Shown here: one piece after another, positions 18,019 to 27,107 of the stretch
Layout of the letters: each line of letters starts with the position of its first letter
Position numbering within the stretch: position 1 is the stretch's first letter
Origin: Alistipes sp.
Lineage (GTDB): Bacteria; Bacteroidota; Bacteroidia; Bacteroidales; Rikenellaceae
Assembly (NCBI GenBank): GCA_017383345.1
Contig: JAFNYE010000138.1
Span: 1 to 39,909, forward strand
DNA length: 39,909 nt
Direction of reading: 5' to 3'
Notes under the pieces: generated by a model
Told to the model about the DNA's origin: nothing
Databases searched by the model: none
Seen by the model: only the letters and a program-made list of their open reading frames with translations
Made by a program: the position numbers and the translations under genes

Positions 18019-19746
18019 ATGTTAAGTAATCTTAAATACATTCTTATTACAGCAACCCTGCTCTGCGGGGTTGCTTGTGATAAGAGCACACCCACTCCGG
18101 GTAATGGCAATGAGCAAGGTGGAGAAAATACCACCACTAAATACACCGAGATAAACGGCACAGATATCGACCCCAAGAACAACGCCATAGGTCTTATTGC
18201 TGACTCAAGCACAGGCAAAGGTATTGCGGGCATACCTGTTACCGACGGTTATACATTTACCACAACCGACGCAAACGGTGTATATCAGTTCAATGCAAAT
18301 CGTTGGGCACGCCGCGTCTATTTCACTCTTCCGTCGGAGTACAAGGTTCCTGTTGATCCAGAGAATGGTCGTCCAATCTTCTACTCTGCCAAAGATATAA
18401 ACTACAAGCAGCAAAACCGCAACGATTTCACCCTCACCCCGCTTGATAAGCCGGAGGATGAGTTTACAATTCTTGCTATTGGCGACCCACAGTGTGAGGT
18501 TGCATCGGAGGCAGACCGTTTCCGCAATGAGACCATCAATGACATCAAGTCAACAATGGCTTTTGCGCAGAACACAATGGACAAGTACCACAATGCCTAC
18601 GCCATCACTATGGGCGATATCACATTTGACAACACTTCGCTCTGGCCAACAATGGCAGAGCTTTGCTCAAGCATCGATATTGGCAACGGCAATGTTATTC
18701 CTGTGTTTAACTGCATCGGCAACCACGACCACGACGCTTCACGCGATGGTGACCGCAATGCGACAGAGCTCTATGTTCAGAATGTTGGTCCGACCGACTA
18801 CTCATTCAACCGAGGCAAGGTACACTTTGTGGTTATGGACAATGTAATCTGTACCAAATCCAGCGGCGGTTCGTGGGATTATAATGCCGGATACTCGGCA
18901 CAACAGTACAACTGGTTAGTTAAGGATCTTGAGTTGGTGGAGAATAAGGCAGAGAAGATGATTATCCTCTCAAGCCACATTCCATTCCGATATGGTGACA
19001 ATTCAGGCGGCTCAAATGTAAACTTTGAGAGATATTATGCCGAGATACTCACCCTGCTTACTCAGTTTAAGGAGGCGCACATCTTTATCGGTCACACCCA
19101 CTATCCACAGAACTACATCCACACAAAGTATAAGACCAAGAACGGTCTGCCTATTATTGAGCATGTTCACGGTGCTGCGTGTGGAGGTTGGTGGACTTGC
19201 AATATCGGCGTTGACGGCTCTCCAAACAGCTACAGCATCTACCAGGTCAAGGGCGCTACGCTCCACAATTGGGTTGCGAAGGCTGTAGGTCATCAGGAGA
19301 GTATGCAGATGCGCGTATATAATGGCAACGACAGCTACGGACACAAGTATAAGTACAACTGGCTTACCGGTGGCGTTGGTGGCACAAGCAACATCAAGAC
19401 CAATGGTAACAGCGCAATGAAAAACTGCTTCATTGCCACTATTTGGAACGACGATACCGTTAACTGGAAAGTTGACCTTATTGTAGGAGATAAAGTGTAT
19501 CCGATGAAGCGAATTACAACATCGCTTGCAGATATGTGTTCAACAGCATACTTCTTCAACGAGAAGGGCAAGAACACAAATACCTGGAACAAGGCGCTGA
19601 CCCACTATTGGTATATTGAAGCCCCTTGCGGAGATCCCGCAAAGGAGGTAGCTTGGCAAGTTCGCGCAACACACACCGTTGCGGGCAGTCAAATTCAGAA
19701 TGTATATACCGAGTCATCGTTCACTTCGACCTACGCAGGTTTCTAA
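18019..19746 (+). CDS. Calcineurin-like metallophosphoesterase lipoprotein
   Basis: Lipobox CGVAC; N-terminal GIPVTDGY..TTTDANGVYQF module; metal motifs GDPQ, MGDI, IGNHDH, SHIP, GHTH; HGAACGGWW. Confidence 0.88.
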   Translation: MLSNLKYILITATLLCGVACDKSTPTPGNGNEQGGENTTTKYTEINGTDIDPKNNAIGLIADSSTGKGIAGIPVTDGYTFTTTDANGVYQFNANRWARRVYFTLPSEYKVPVDPENGRPIFYSAKDINYKQQNRNDFTLTPLDKPEDEFTILAIGDPQCEVASEADRFRNETINDIKSTMAFAQNTMDKYHNAYAITMGDITFDNTSLWPTMAELCSSIDIGNGNVIPVFNCIGNHDHDASRDGDRNATELYVQNVGPTDYSFNRGKVHFVVMDNVICTKSSGGSWDYNAGYSAQQYNWLVKDLELVENKAEKMIILSSHIPFRYGDNSGGSNVNFERYYAEILTLLTQFKEAHIFIGHTHYPQNYIHTKYKTKNGLPIIEHVHGAACGGWWTCNIGVDGSPNSYSIYQVKGATLHNWVAKAVGHQESMQMRVYNGNDSYGHKYKYNWLTGGVGGTSNIKTNGNSAMKNCFIATIWNDDTVNWKVDLIVGDKVYPMKRITTSLADMCSTAYFFNEKGKNTNTWNKALTHYWYIEAPCGDPAKEVAWQVRATHTVAGSQIQNVYTESSFTSTYAGF

Positions 19747-19752
19747 CAGAGT

Positions 19753-19785
19753 AAAGTCCGTCAAAATTTGACGGACTTTTTATTT
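19753..19785. terminator. Bidirectional terminator between convergent genes
   Basis: AAAGTCCGTCAAA-A-TTTGACGGACTTT perfect palindrome (19753-19779) with T-runs on both strands. Confidence 0.85.
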
Positions 19786-20310
19786 GTCTAACTTTTCTCT
19801 AAGATTTTTCACAATCACAACGACATCTACGCCGCGCATAAGTGAGCGTATCAAATCGATGGTATATCTGAGTTCTTGTTGCAAATATGAGGCTCTTGCA
19901 CTCTTTAGGCGTTCCTTTGTGTTTCGCAGCAGGTAGTCATAGAGGTCGTGATGAAAAATCTCACCATCACGCAGATACTCCAAGTGCCAATCGGCAAGAC
20001 GCTTAACCAATCGCCCGATAGTCGGATCATCTACCCCAACAGACTCAATAAGGTCAAGCAGCGTTTTACTCTGCTGCTTTCTGCGAGCCATATTGGCAGC
20101 AACAATCTGATGTGTCAAGCCATCAACATCAACTGCAGGCGGGGTCGGCTCGTGTGCTGCAAATTTGCGACGCAAATAGAGACGATATAGCGCAACACAT
20201 AGCCCTACAACAACTACTATAGCCACGGTCCACCACCCTACAAGGAAGATTAGATAGACCACCGCAGCCACAAGTAGCACAAGATATTGATTTGAGGGCG
20301 AAATGTTCAT
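19780..20310 (-). CDS. Hypothetical membrane-anchored protein
   Basis: 176-aa ORF filling the gap; hydrophobic N-terminus followed by RLYLRRK; -7-like TATCTTTG (20315-20322) just upstream; no family recognised. Confidence 0.6.
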   Translation of the reverse strand: MNISPSNQYLVLLVAAVVYLIFLVGWWTVAIVVVVGLCVALYRLYLRRKFAAHEPTPPAVDVDGLTHQIVAANMARRKQQSKTLLDLIESVGVDDPTIGRLVKRLADWHLEYLRDGEIFHHDLYDYLLRNTKERLKSARASYLQQELRYTIDLIRSLMRGVDVVVIVKNLREKLDK

Positions 20311-20332
20311 AGTACAAAGATAACCCTTTTTG

Positions 20333-20364
20333 TTTGCTTTTTTGAGAAAAGATAACTATTTTTA
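20333..20364 (+). promoter_or_regulatory. Candidate promoter for the HAD/MFS gene pair
   Basis: TTTG (20333-20336), 20-nt spacer, TATTTTTA (20357-20364; one mismatch to TAnnTTTG). Confidence 0.45.
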
Positions 20365-20403
20365 CACTCAAATTTACCAAAAAGCAAACAAACCACAAAT
20401 CTT

Positions 20404-21267
20404 ATGGCAGAATTTAATCGTTACCGTTCGATCTATTCGCACGAGGAGTTGATGGCGCGTCTTAAGCGTCTTAAGCACATTGCCCTCGATATGGATGGCA
20501 CAATCTATATGGGTGCTACCCTGTTTCCATACACCAAGCCGTTCCTTGCTTCGGTCAAGGATATGGGCTTGCGCTACTCATTTTTGACAAACAATCCGTC
20601 ATCATCTATTGCCGACTACTTGGCAAAACTCGCTAAGTTGGGTATTGAGGCTACCGAGGAGGAGATGTACTCTACCGCTGTGGCTACCGTTGACTACATC
20701 AAGACCCACTACCCTGAGGCTAAGCGTCTGTTTATGCTCGGCACACCTTCTATGATTTCTCAGTTTGAGAAGGCTGGTTTCGAGAGCGCTGCAGACGATG
20801 CTAACGACCGTCCGGATGTGCTTGTTGTGGCATTTGACAAGAGTCTTACATACGAGCGCCTTTGTCGCGCAGCGTGGTGGATAAGTCAGGGTGTGCCTTA
20901 TATTGCAACCAACCCTGACCGAGTATGCCCTACCGATCAGCCTGTGGTACTTGTTGACTGCGGCTCTATCTGCGCGTGCCTCACACACGCCACAGGACGC
21001 ACTCCAGACATCACTTTAGGCAAGCCAGACCCAAATATGCTCTCAGGAATTCTCCACCGCTACGGTATGGAGCCTGATGAGGTTGCTATGGTCGGAGACC
21101 GCATCTATACCGACATTGAGATGGCTCACAATGCGGGCGCATTTGGCGTGCTTGTTCTCTCTGGCGAGACTACTTTAGAAGTTGCTGATGAGGCACCTAA
21201 GCAGCCACACCTTATTTGCGATAGCATTGAGGTGCTCGGTCAGCTTATCGCTGAGGCTCATAAGTAA
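20404..21267 (+). CDS. HAD-IIA (NagD-like) phosphatase
   Basis: Motif I LDMDGT, II LTNN, cap IATNPD, III LGKP, IV VGDRIYTDI, LVLSG. Confidence 0.92.
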   Translation: MAEFNRYRSIYSHEELMARLKRLKHIALDMDGTIYMGATLFPYTKPFLASVKDMGLRYSFLTNNPSSSIADYLAKLAKLGIEATEEEMYSTAVATVDYIKTHYPEAKRLFMLGTPSMISQFEKAGFESAADDANDRPDVLVVAFDKSLTYERLCRAAWWISQGVPYIATNPDRVCPTDQPVVLVDCGSICACLTHATGRTPDITLGKPDPNMLSGILHRYGMEPDEVAMVGDRIYTDIEMAHNAGAFGVLVLSGETTLEVADEAPKQPHLICDSIEVLGQLIAEAHK

Positions 21268-21280
21268 CAAACTCACACTT

Positions 21281-21314
21281 TAGGCGGCTAAGGAGGCACC
21301 TCTTTAGCCGCTTA
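21281..21314 (+). other. Intergenic stem-loop between HAD and MFS genes
   Basis: TAGGCGGCTAAGGAGG / CCTCTTTAGCCGCTTA; both imperfect pairs are G-U on the plus strand; no strong U tract. Confidence 0.6.
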
Positions 21315-21329
21315 TTAATTAATATCTGT

Positions 21330-22982
21330 ATGAAAAGCTTTAAGTATTGGCAATGGCGCACCATTATCGCTACAATGATAGGCTATGCGCTCTTCTACTT
21401 TGTCAGAAAGAACTTCTCGTTTGCAATGCCGGGCCTTGCGGCTGAGTATGCAATATCGAACACAAGCTTCGGTATCATCCTCACCATTGTAGGTCTTGTC
21501 TATGGCCTCTCGCGCTTCTTTAACGGCATCATTGCCGACCGAATGAATGGGCGCTACCATATGTCTATCGGCCTACTTTTGTGCGCCCTCACCTCGCTCG
21601 CATTCGGTTTTATCCCGTCGCTGCTTGGTGTCGAAATAGGCGTTGCTCCACACGCGCTCATCGTCTGCTTTGGCGTGTTGCTTGTACTCAACAACATCTT
21701 TCAGGGTAGCGGTTTCCCGCCTGTAACGCGATTGCTGACTCACTGGGTACCACCTCACGAGTTAGCCACAAAGATGTCGATATGGAACACCTCGCACTCT
21801 ATCGGTGCGGGATTGTTGGCTATCCTTTGCGGCTTTATTATGGGTAATATGGGCTCAAATTTGAGCACTGACGAGATGAGCGTTGACCGCATTACGCGCA
21901 ACTACATAACCATCAACTTCAAGGATGACATCAAGAAGTCGGACCAGCATATCGCCTCAGTTGACCGCATAAAGATTACGGAGCAGGACAACAACCTTAT
22001 CGCTTTGGTTGACTACAGTTATAAGCCTAACTACAAAAATGGAGAGACTGTAAAACAGATATACTACTTTGACTACGCCACATTCTGCAAAGTGCGCGAT
22101 TTGATTGCCGCAAACAAAGATATCTCCACCGAGCAGATTGCTTCAGATCTATCTCTCTCCGAGCCACACGCAAAGGCTTTCCAGAGCATCGTGACCCGCA
22201 CGACCAATGCCGGTGCGTGGCGCTGGTGCTTCTATCTGCCAGCATTTTTGGCACTTTTGGGCGCATTCGGCCTTTTCACCGCATTGCGCGACACTCCAAA
22301 ATCAGTTGGCCTTGAGGAGTTACAAAATAAAACCTCAGGCGTGAATGAGAACAGCTCTACTGCCGAACACAGAGCCTTTGTTCGCAAAAAAGTCTATGGC
22401 AACCCGCTGATTTGGATATTGGCTATAGCCAACTTCTTTGTCTATGTTGTTCGCTTCTCGGTACTCGATTGGGGGCCTAAATTCTTGACCGAGGCTCGCG
22501 AGATGTCATACGCATACGCAGGCTGGACTGTAGCAATTTTCGAGATATTTGGTATCATCGGTATGCTTGTAGCAGGATGGGCGACAGATAAGATTTTTGC
22601 AGGTCGCGCACACCGTACTTGCGTCTTCTGTATGCTTGGTGCCGCTCTGTTTATGGGCATATTCTACATCTTGCCTAATGAGGTACACCCATTGGTGCTT
22701 ATCTGCGTCTTGGCAATGGCAGGCTTCTTTATCTATGGTCCTCAGGCCCTTATCGGCATCGCCGCTGCCAATCAGGCAACTAAGCGCGCAGCTGCTACAG
22801 CCAACGGTCTGACAGGCATCTTTGGCTACCTGAGCGTCTTTGTTTCAGGCTTAGGTGCAGGTATTTTGGTCGATAAGTTCGGCTGGAACTATGTCTTCCT
22901 CGGAATGATTGCTATCGCATTTGTCGGTATGGCGGTGTTCCTACTTATGTGGAACGCCAAAAGCGACGGCTACGAAGAGTAA
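21330..22982 (+). CDS. MFS organophosphate:phosphate antiporter (GlpT/UhpC/PgtP family) with a large loop insertion
   Basis: GYALFYFVRKNFS, WNTSHSIG, RDTPKSVGL, NFFVYVVR..LDWGP, GFFIYGPQALIG, ANGLTGIFGY. Confidence 0.9.
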   Translation: MKSFKYWQWRTIIATMIGYALFYFVRKNFSFAMPGLAAEYAISNTSFGIILTIVGLVYGLSRFFNGIIADRMNGRYHMSIGLLLCALTSLAFGFIPSLLGVEIGVAPHALIVCFGVLLVLNNIFQGSGFPPVTRLLTHWVPPHELATKMSIWNTSHSIGAGLLAILCGFIMGNMGSNLSTDEMSVDRITRNYITINFKDDIKKSDQHIASVDRIKITEQDNNLIALVDYSYKPNYKNGETVKQIYYFDYATFCKVRDLIAANKDISTEQIASDLSLSEPHAKAFQSIVTRTTNAGAWRWCFYLPAFLALLGAFGLFTALRDTPKSVGLEELQNKTSGVNENSSTAEHRAFVRKKVYGNPLIWILAIANFFVYVVRFSVLDWGPKFLTEAREMSYAYAGWTVAIFEIFGIIGMLVAGWATDKIFAGRAHRTCVFCMLGAALFMGIFYILPNEVHPLVLICVLAMAGFFIYGPQALIGIAAANQATKRAAATANGLTGIFGYLSVFVSGLGAGILVDKFGWNYVFLGMIAIAFVGMAVFLLMWNAKSDGYEE

Positions 22983-22986
22983 TGCA

Positions 22987-23020
22987 AAATAGGGTGTCCG
23001 ATGGATACCCTATTTGCTTT
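22987..23020 (+). terminator. Intrinsic terminator after the MFS gene
   Basis: AAATAGGGTGTCC-GAT-GGATACCCTATTT followed by GCTTT. Confidence 0.75.
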
Positions 23021-23047
23021 ACATTTGCAGACTGAACTAAAGTTTAC

Positions 23048-23158
23048 AGGAATTTGATTTTAGGCTTGCGAAGCTCGAAAAAGCGGAGTTTACTAAAGCG
23101 TAAATGAGCATTTTGAGAGCGAGTATAACGACAAAATATCCTTGTTAGACAAATTCTT
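23048..23158. repeat. Structured intergenic element, possibly a dispersed palindromic or MITE-like repeat
   Basis: Long imperfect hairpin centred on GGAG-TTTAC-TAAAGC-GTAAA-TGAG with outer pairings; single copy in this window so repeat status is unproven. Confidence 0.35.
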
Positions 23159-23159
23159 T

Positions 23160-24311
23160 TCAGCAGTACAACTCTATATCCGACAAGGTGATGCGTTGAC
23201 CTGAGAGGATAATAAGTCGCTCGATGACATTTCTTAGTTCGCGGATATTACCACTCCAACGCATACGCGAGAGGGCCTCAACAGCGGCGCTCTCGATAGG
23301 TTTTTGAGCGATACCATACTCGGAACAGAGGTGGGATATAAAGTAGTCCACAAGCATCGGCACATCGCCGTATCGCGAGCGCAAAGGTGGCACTTTGATA
23401 ACTATAACGCTCAGGCGGTGATATAAATCCTCACGGAAATTGCCCTTAGCAATCTCCTCCCTCAAATTTTTATTTGTCGCTGCAATGACCCTCACATCGA
23501 CATTTATATCACTATCGCTACCCACACGCGAGATTTTATGCTCTTGCAGGGCGCGTAAAACCTTAGCTTGAGCCGAGAGCGACATATCGCCAATTTCATC
23601 CATAAAGAGTGTACCCCCATCAGCCTGTTCGAATTTACCCTTGCGCTGCTTTATGGCCGAGGTAAAAGCACCTCGCTCGTGGCCAAACAACTCGCTCTCA
23701 ATAAGTTCAGAGGGTATAGCCGCACAGTTTACCTCAACAAATGGGGCTGATGCACGACTACTTTTATAGTGCATCCAACGGGCAACAAGTTCCTTGCCCG
23801 TACCATTTTCGCCCGTAATAAGCACGCGGGCAGGCGAAGGGGCAACCTTATCTATAAGGTAGCGCAGGTGGACAATCTGCTCCGATGCGCCCACAATAGG
23901 CTCAACAGATTGTTGTACGCTCTGTTTTCTTAAGCGGGAACTCTTGCGCGGGTGTCGTACGCAGACCGATGTGTCTGCCGGCTGTTCGTCCGTTCCCACA
24001 CAATCGCGGATAGAGCTGAGCAGCCTATTCATATCTACAGGCATTGTAATGTAATCTGCCGCACCTCGCCTTAGTGCCTCAACAGCCGACTCAAATGTAT
24101 TTTGATTTGACAGCACTATAAATGGCACATCGCATTGTGGAACTGAGTGAGCATCATCTACGATAATAAGGTCTGCCTGCTCACGACCTAACAGTTGAGC
24201 CAAAGCATCGGCATTTTCTACCGCCGTCGTATCGTATCCGGCAAATTGCAGGCGCTCACACAAATTGTTTCGCACGCTTTTTGAATGTTCGAGTATCAAA
24301 AGTTTTGTCAT
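23160..24311 (-). CDS. NtrC/NtrX-like sigma-54-interaction domain regulator; degenerate receiver, no C-terminal HTH
   Basis: Walker A GENGTGKE, ESELFGHERGAFTSA, Walker B LFMDEI, FREDLYHRL, WSGNIREL; protein ends just after the AAA+ lid. Confidence 0.9.
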   Translation of the reverse strand: MTKLLILEHSKSVRNNLCERLQFAGYDTTAVENADALAQLLGREQADLIIVDDAHSVPQCDVPFIVLSNQNTFESAVEALRRGAADYITMPVDMNRLLSSIRDCVGTDEQPADTSVCVRHPRKSSRLRKQSVQQSVEPIVGASEQIVHLRYLIDKVAPSPARVLITGENGTGKELVARWMHYKSSRASAPFVEVNCAAIPSELIESELFGHERGAFTSAIKQRKGKFEQADGGTLFMDEIGDMSLSAQAKVLRALQEHKISRVGSDSDINVDVRVIAATNKNLREEIAKGNFREDLYHRLSVIVIKVPPLRSRYGDVPMLVDYFISHLCSEYGIAQKPIESAAVEALSRMRWSGNIRELRNVIERLIILSGQRITLSDIELYC

Positions 24312-24345
24312 TGTCTAAAAGTTTACTATTTTTGCAACAAATATA
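24304..24345. promoter_or_regulatory. Face-to-face promoter elements for the divergent regulator and DUF4290 genes
   Basis: Plus: TTTG (24304-24307), 19 nt, TATTTTTG (24327-24334). Minus: TATATTTG (24338-24345) with no clear -33. Confidence 0.55.
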
Positions 24346-24469
24346 AGGCATTACTTCCGTATGCGAAACCCTGCCAAGCCCATTCAAGGACGGCAAAAAA
24401 GTTAAAGAAACTGATTCAAAAGAGTTATCATCTACGACCATAATTACCACTGATTGGTCTGATATTTTT

Positions 24470-25162
24470 ATGAAACACAACTATAATTACACTCGTTGCA
24501 AGCTCTATCTGCCAGAGTATGGACGCCATATTCACAAGATGGTTGACAGCTTGCTCACAATCGAAGATCGTGCCGAGCGCACCCGCCAGGCAAAGGCTGT
24601 AATTGCCGTTATGGGTAACCTTAATCCGCTTCTGCGAGACACCGCCGACTTTACACACAAATTGTGGGACCATTTGTTCATTATGTCTGATTTTCAGCTT
24701 GATGTGGATAGTCCATACCCTCTGCCATCGCGCCAGGATCTCCAGCCTCAACCCCGCCGATTAGAGTACCCGCAAACCTACATTCCGTTCAAGCAGTATG
24801 GCAAATATGTAGGCAAAATTCTCAACACTCTCATCGACAAACAGCACAGCGAGGGTGTGGCGTTGACGGTTGACAATATTGCCCGCTATATGAGGCTCAA
24901 GAGCTACGAATACAACCTTGAGCACCCAAACAACGAGGTGATCATAAAAGATATAAAGAGATTGTCCAATAACAGCATTTTCCTTGACGAGGAGGCATTG
25001 AATAATATCCGAAGCGACTATAAACAGCACTCTACAGCATATCAGCAGCGCTCAAAGTCCCGTCCAACACAACAGAAGGGCAAGAGCAGAGGTGCTCAAC
25101 AACAAAAAAATCGCCAAAAAACCAACAATAGACACACCTCTCAACACAATACAAACAGGTAA
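24470..25162 (+). CDS. DUF4290 family protein
   Basis: YN..R.KL.LPEYGRHIHKMVD, HKLWDHLFIMSDFQLDVDSPYP, basic Q/K/N-rich tail. Confidence 0.85.
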   Translation: MKHNYNYTRCKLYLPEYGRHIHKMVDSLLTIEDRAERTRQAKAVIAVMGNLNPLLRDTADFTHKLWDHLFIMSDFQLDVDSPYPLPSRQDLQPQPRRLEYPQTYIPFKQYGKYVGKILNTLIDKQHSEGVALTVDNIARYMRLKSYEYNLEHPNNEVIIKDIKRLSNNSIFLDEEALNNIRSDYKQHSTAYQQRSKSRPTQQKGKSRGAQQQKNRQKTNNRHTSQHNTNR

Positions 25163-25228
25163 AGACTCGTTTTTAAGAAAAAAATTATTATCTTTACCCG
25201 TTATTTGATTTGTTTGAAAAGATAAAGT

Positions 25229-26353
25229 ATGAAGAACACCTTTTTCGCACTGCTATGTGCAACTTTAATGTTATGTAGTTGCAGCAGCAAAGATGTCCGT
25301 ATATCGGGAAAATTTTTCGGTCTTAATGCTAAGAGCGTCTATCTTGAGCAGATGACCGCTTCGGGTCAGACAATTATCGACTCTGTTGCTTTGGCTTCAG
25401 ACGGTTCTTACCGCTTCCTGGTTAAGAATGTACCGTCAACACCATCAATATACAACATTATCTACAACAATGAGCGCATTCCCCTTCTGCTTACAGCGGG
25501 CGAGAATGTAACCGTTGGTTCGTTAGGCTCTGTTTGGGCTAACTATACTGTCAGCGGCTCCAAGGAGTCGGAGTTGTTGCGCGAGTTTAACCGCGAGTAT
25601 GTGGCAGGTATGCAGGAGCTTAATCTCCAGATTGCAAAGTATGCTGAGGCCGGCGAGGCTTCTAAGGCCGAGATCGCTAAGATTTACACAGCAAAGCAGC
25701 GCGATATTAAGCGTAAGCAGATTACCTTCATCATTAAGAACAAGAGTACTATTGCTGCTGTATATGCGCTCTACCAGCGTCTGCCTGACGAGAAGTATTT
25801 GGTCAACTCCGAGAGCGATTTAATCTACTTCCGCACCGTAGCTGACGCTGTATGCAAGAGCTACCCAACCTCACCGTTTGTCATCACTCTGCGTAATGAT
25901 GTTGCCCGTATGGAGGCCCAGACTTCGCTCTATAACACCATCGAGGAGCGTACCTTCCCTGACATCAACGCCAAAGATATGTACGGCAACGACCAGAAGC
26001 TCTCTGACCTTGAGGGCAATGTTATCCTTGTAGATTTCTGGGCTGCCGAGTTAGGCAACAGCAACGCTCTCAATGCAGAGCTCAAGCAGATTTACCAAAA
26101 ATATGAGGCGGACGGCTTTAAGGTATATCAGGTTTCGTTCGATACATCTAAGGCTGCCTGGATTGAAGCCGTTCAGGAGCAGAAACTCCCATGGATATCA
26201 GTTTGCGACTTCCGCGGTCAGGGTTCGCCAATTATGGGCGTATATAATGTTCGCAGCCTGCCTGCCAACTACCTTATTGACCGTCAGGGTCGCATTGTTG
26301 GCAAAAACCTCTATAGCGAGGCTTTGGAGCAGGAGCTAAAGAAGATTTTGTAA
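25229..26353 (+). CDS. TlpA/AhpC-TSA-like thioredoxin-fold lipoprotein (DUF4369-like N-terminus) lacking CXXC
   Basis: Lipobox LCSC; KLSDLEGNVILVDFWA, YQVSFD, LPWISVCD, YNVRSLPANYLIDRQGRIV. Confidence 0.8.
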   Translation: MKNTFFALLCATLMLCSCSSKDVRISGKFFGLNAKSVYLEQMTASGQTIIDSVALASDGSYRFLVKNVPSTPSIYNIIYNNERIPLLLTAGENVTVGSLGSVWANYTVSGSKESELLREFNREYVAGMQELNLQIAKYAEAGEASKAEIAKIYTAKQRDIKRKQITFIIKNKSTIAAVYALYQRLPDEKYLVNSESDLIYFRTVADAVCKSYPTSPFVITLRNDVARMEAQTSLYNTIEERTFPDINAKDMYGNDQKLSDLEGNVILVDFWAAELGNSNALNAELKQIYQKYEADGFKVYQVSFDTSKAAWIEAVQEQKLPWISVCDFRGQGSPIMGVYNVRSLPANYLIDRQGRIVGKNLYSEALEQELKKIL

Positions 26354-26381
26354 CACCACCCCGCCCCTTAGGGTCAAGTGT

Positions 26382-27107
26382 ATGATATATTTCGCATCGG
26401 ACATACACCTCGGCAGTGGCGATAGAGCGACACAAAGAGATGTCGAGCAGAGATTTGTGCAGTGGCTTGATAAAATAGAGCCTACTGCACAAGTGCTTTT
26501 TCTTGTGGGCGACATCTTTGACTTCTGGTTTGAGTATAAGAGGGTGGTGCCTAAAGGTTTCGTGCGCACACTTGGTCGCCTTGCTCAAATGACAGACAAG
26601 GGCATTCGCGTAGTTATGCTCACAGGCAACCACGATATGTGGGTGTCGGACTACCTTACGCAAGAGTGCGGCATAGAGCTATACACCACGCCGCAAATAT
26701 TTTCTATATCGGGCAAGCGCATCTTTGTTTCTCACGGAGATAATACCAACATCAAAAAGCAGCCTATGCTCAAGCTGCTCAACTCTATTTTCCGCTCTAA
26801 GACCTTGCGCCACATCGCCTCGTGGCTGATACATCCCGACCTTTTTATGCGTTTCGGGCAGTGGTGGAGTGGCTCATCACGCAAAGCCCACAAGTACGAA
26901 CTGGAGTTAAAGTATCTCGACCCACTTATCGAGTATGCTCGCAGCCATAAGGATGAGAACATCGATATGTTCATCTTTGGACACATGCACATACCTCACA
27001 CCGTTAGCAACCCGTGCATCACATTTTTGGGCAACTGGGCTGACGGATGCTCGTGGGCTCAATTAGACGACAATGGCAACATAACACTCAAAATCAACGA
27101 GTTATGA
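26382..27107 (+). CDS. lpxH: UDP-2,3-diacylglucosamine diphosphatase (LpxH-like)
   Basis: [28 protein letters not shown] motifs. Confidence 0.82.
   Translation: MIYFASDIHLGSGDRATQRDVEQRFVQWLDKIEPTAQVLFLVGDIFDFWFEYKRVVPKGFVRTLGRLAQMTDKGIRVVMLTGNHDMWVSDYLTQECGIELYTTPQIFSISGKRIFVSHGDNTNIKKQPMLKLLNSIFRSKTLRHIASWLIHPDLFMRFGQWWSGSSRKAHKYELELKYLDPLIEYARSHKDENIDMFIFGHMHIPHTVSNPCITFLGNWADGCSWAQLDDNGNITLKINEL

Noticed and set aside
25020-25160. Low-complexity CAA/AAA-rich stretch
   Set aside because: Encodes the basic disordered tail of DUF4290; not a discrete repeat
27047-27103. Upstream starts for thyA (27047) and folA (27939)
   Set aside because: They overlap the preceding genes; conserved N-termini begin at 27104 and 28014
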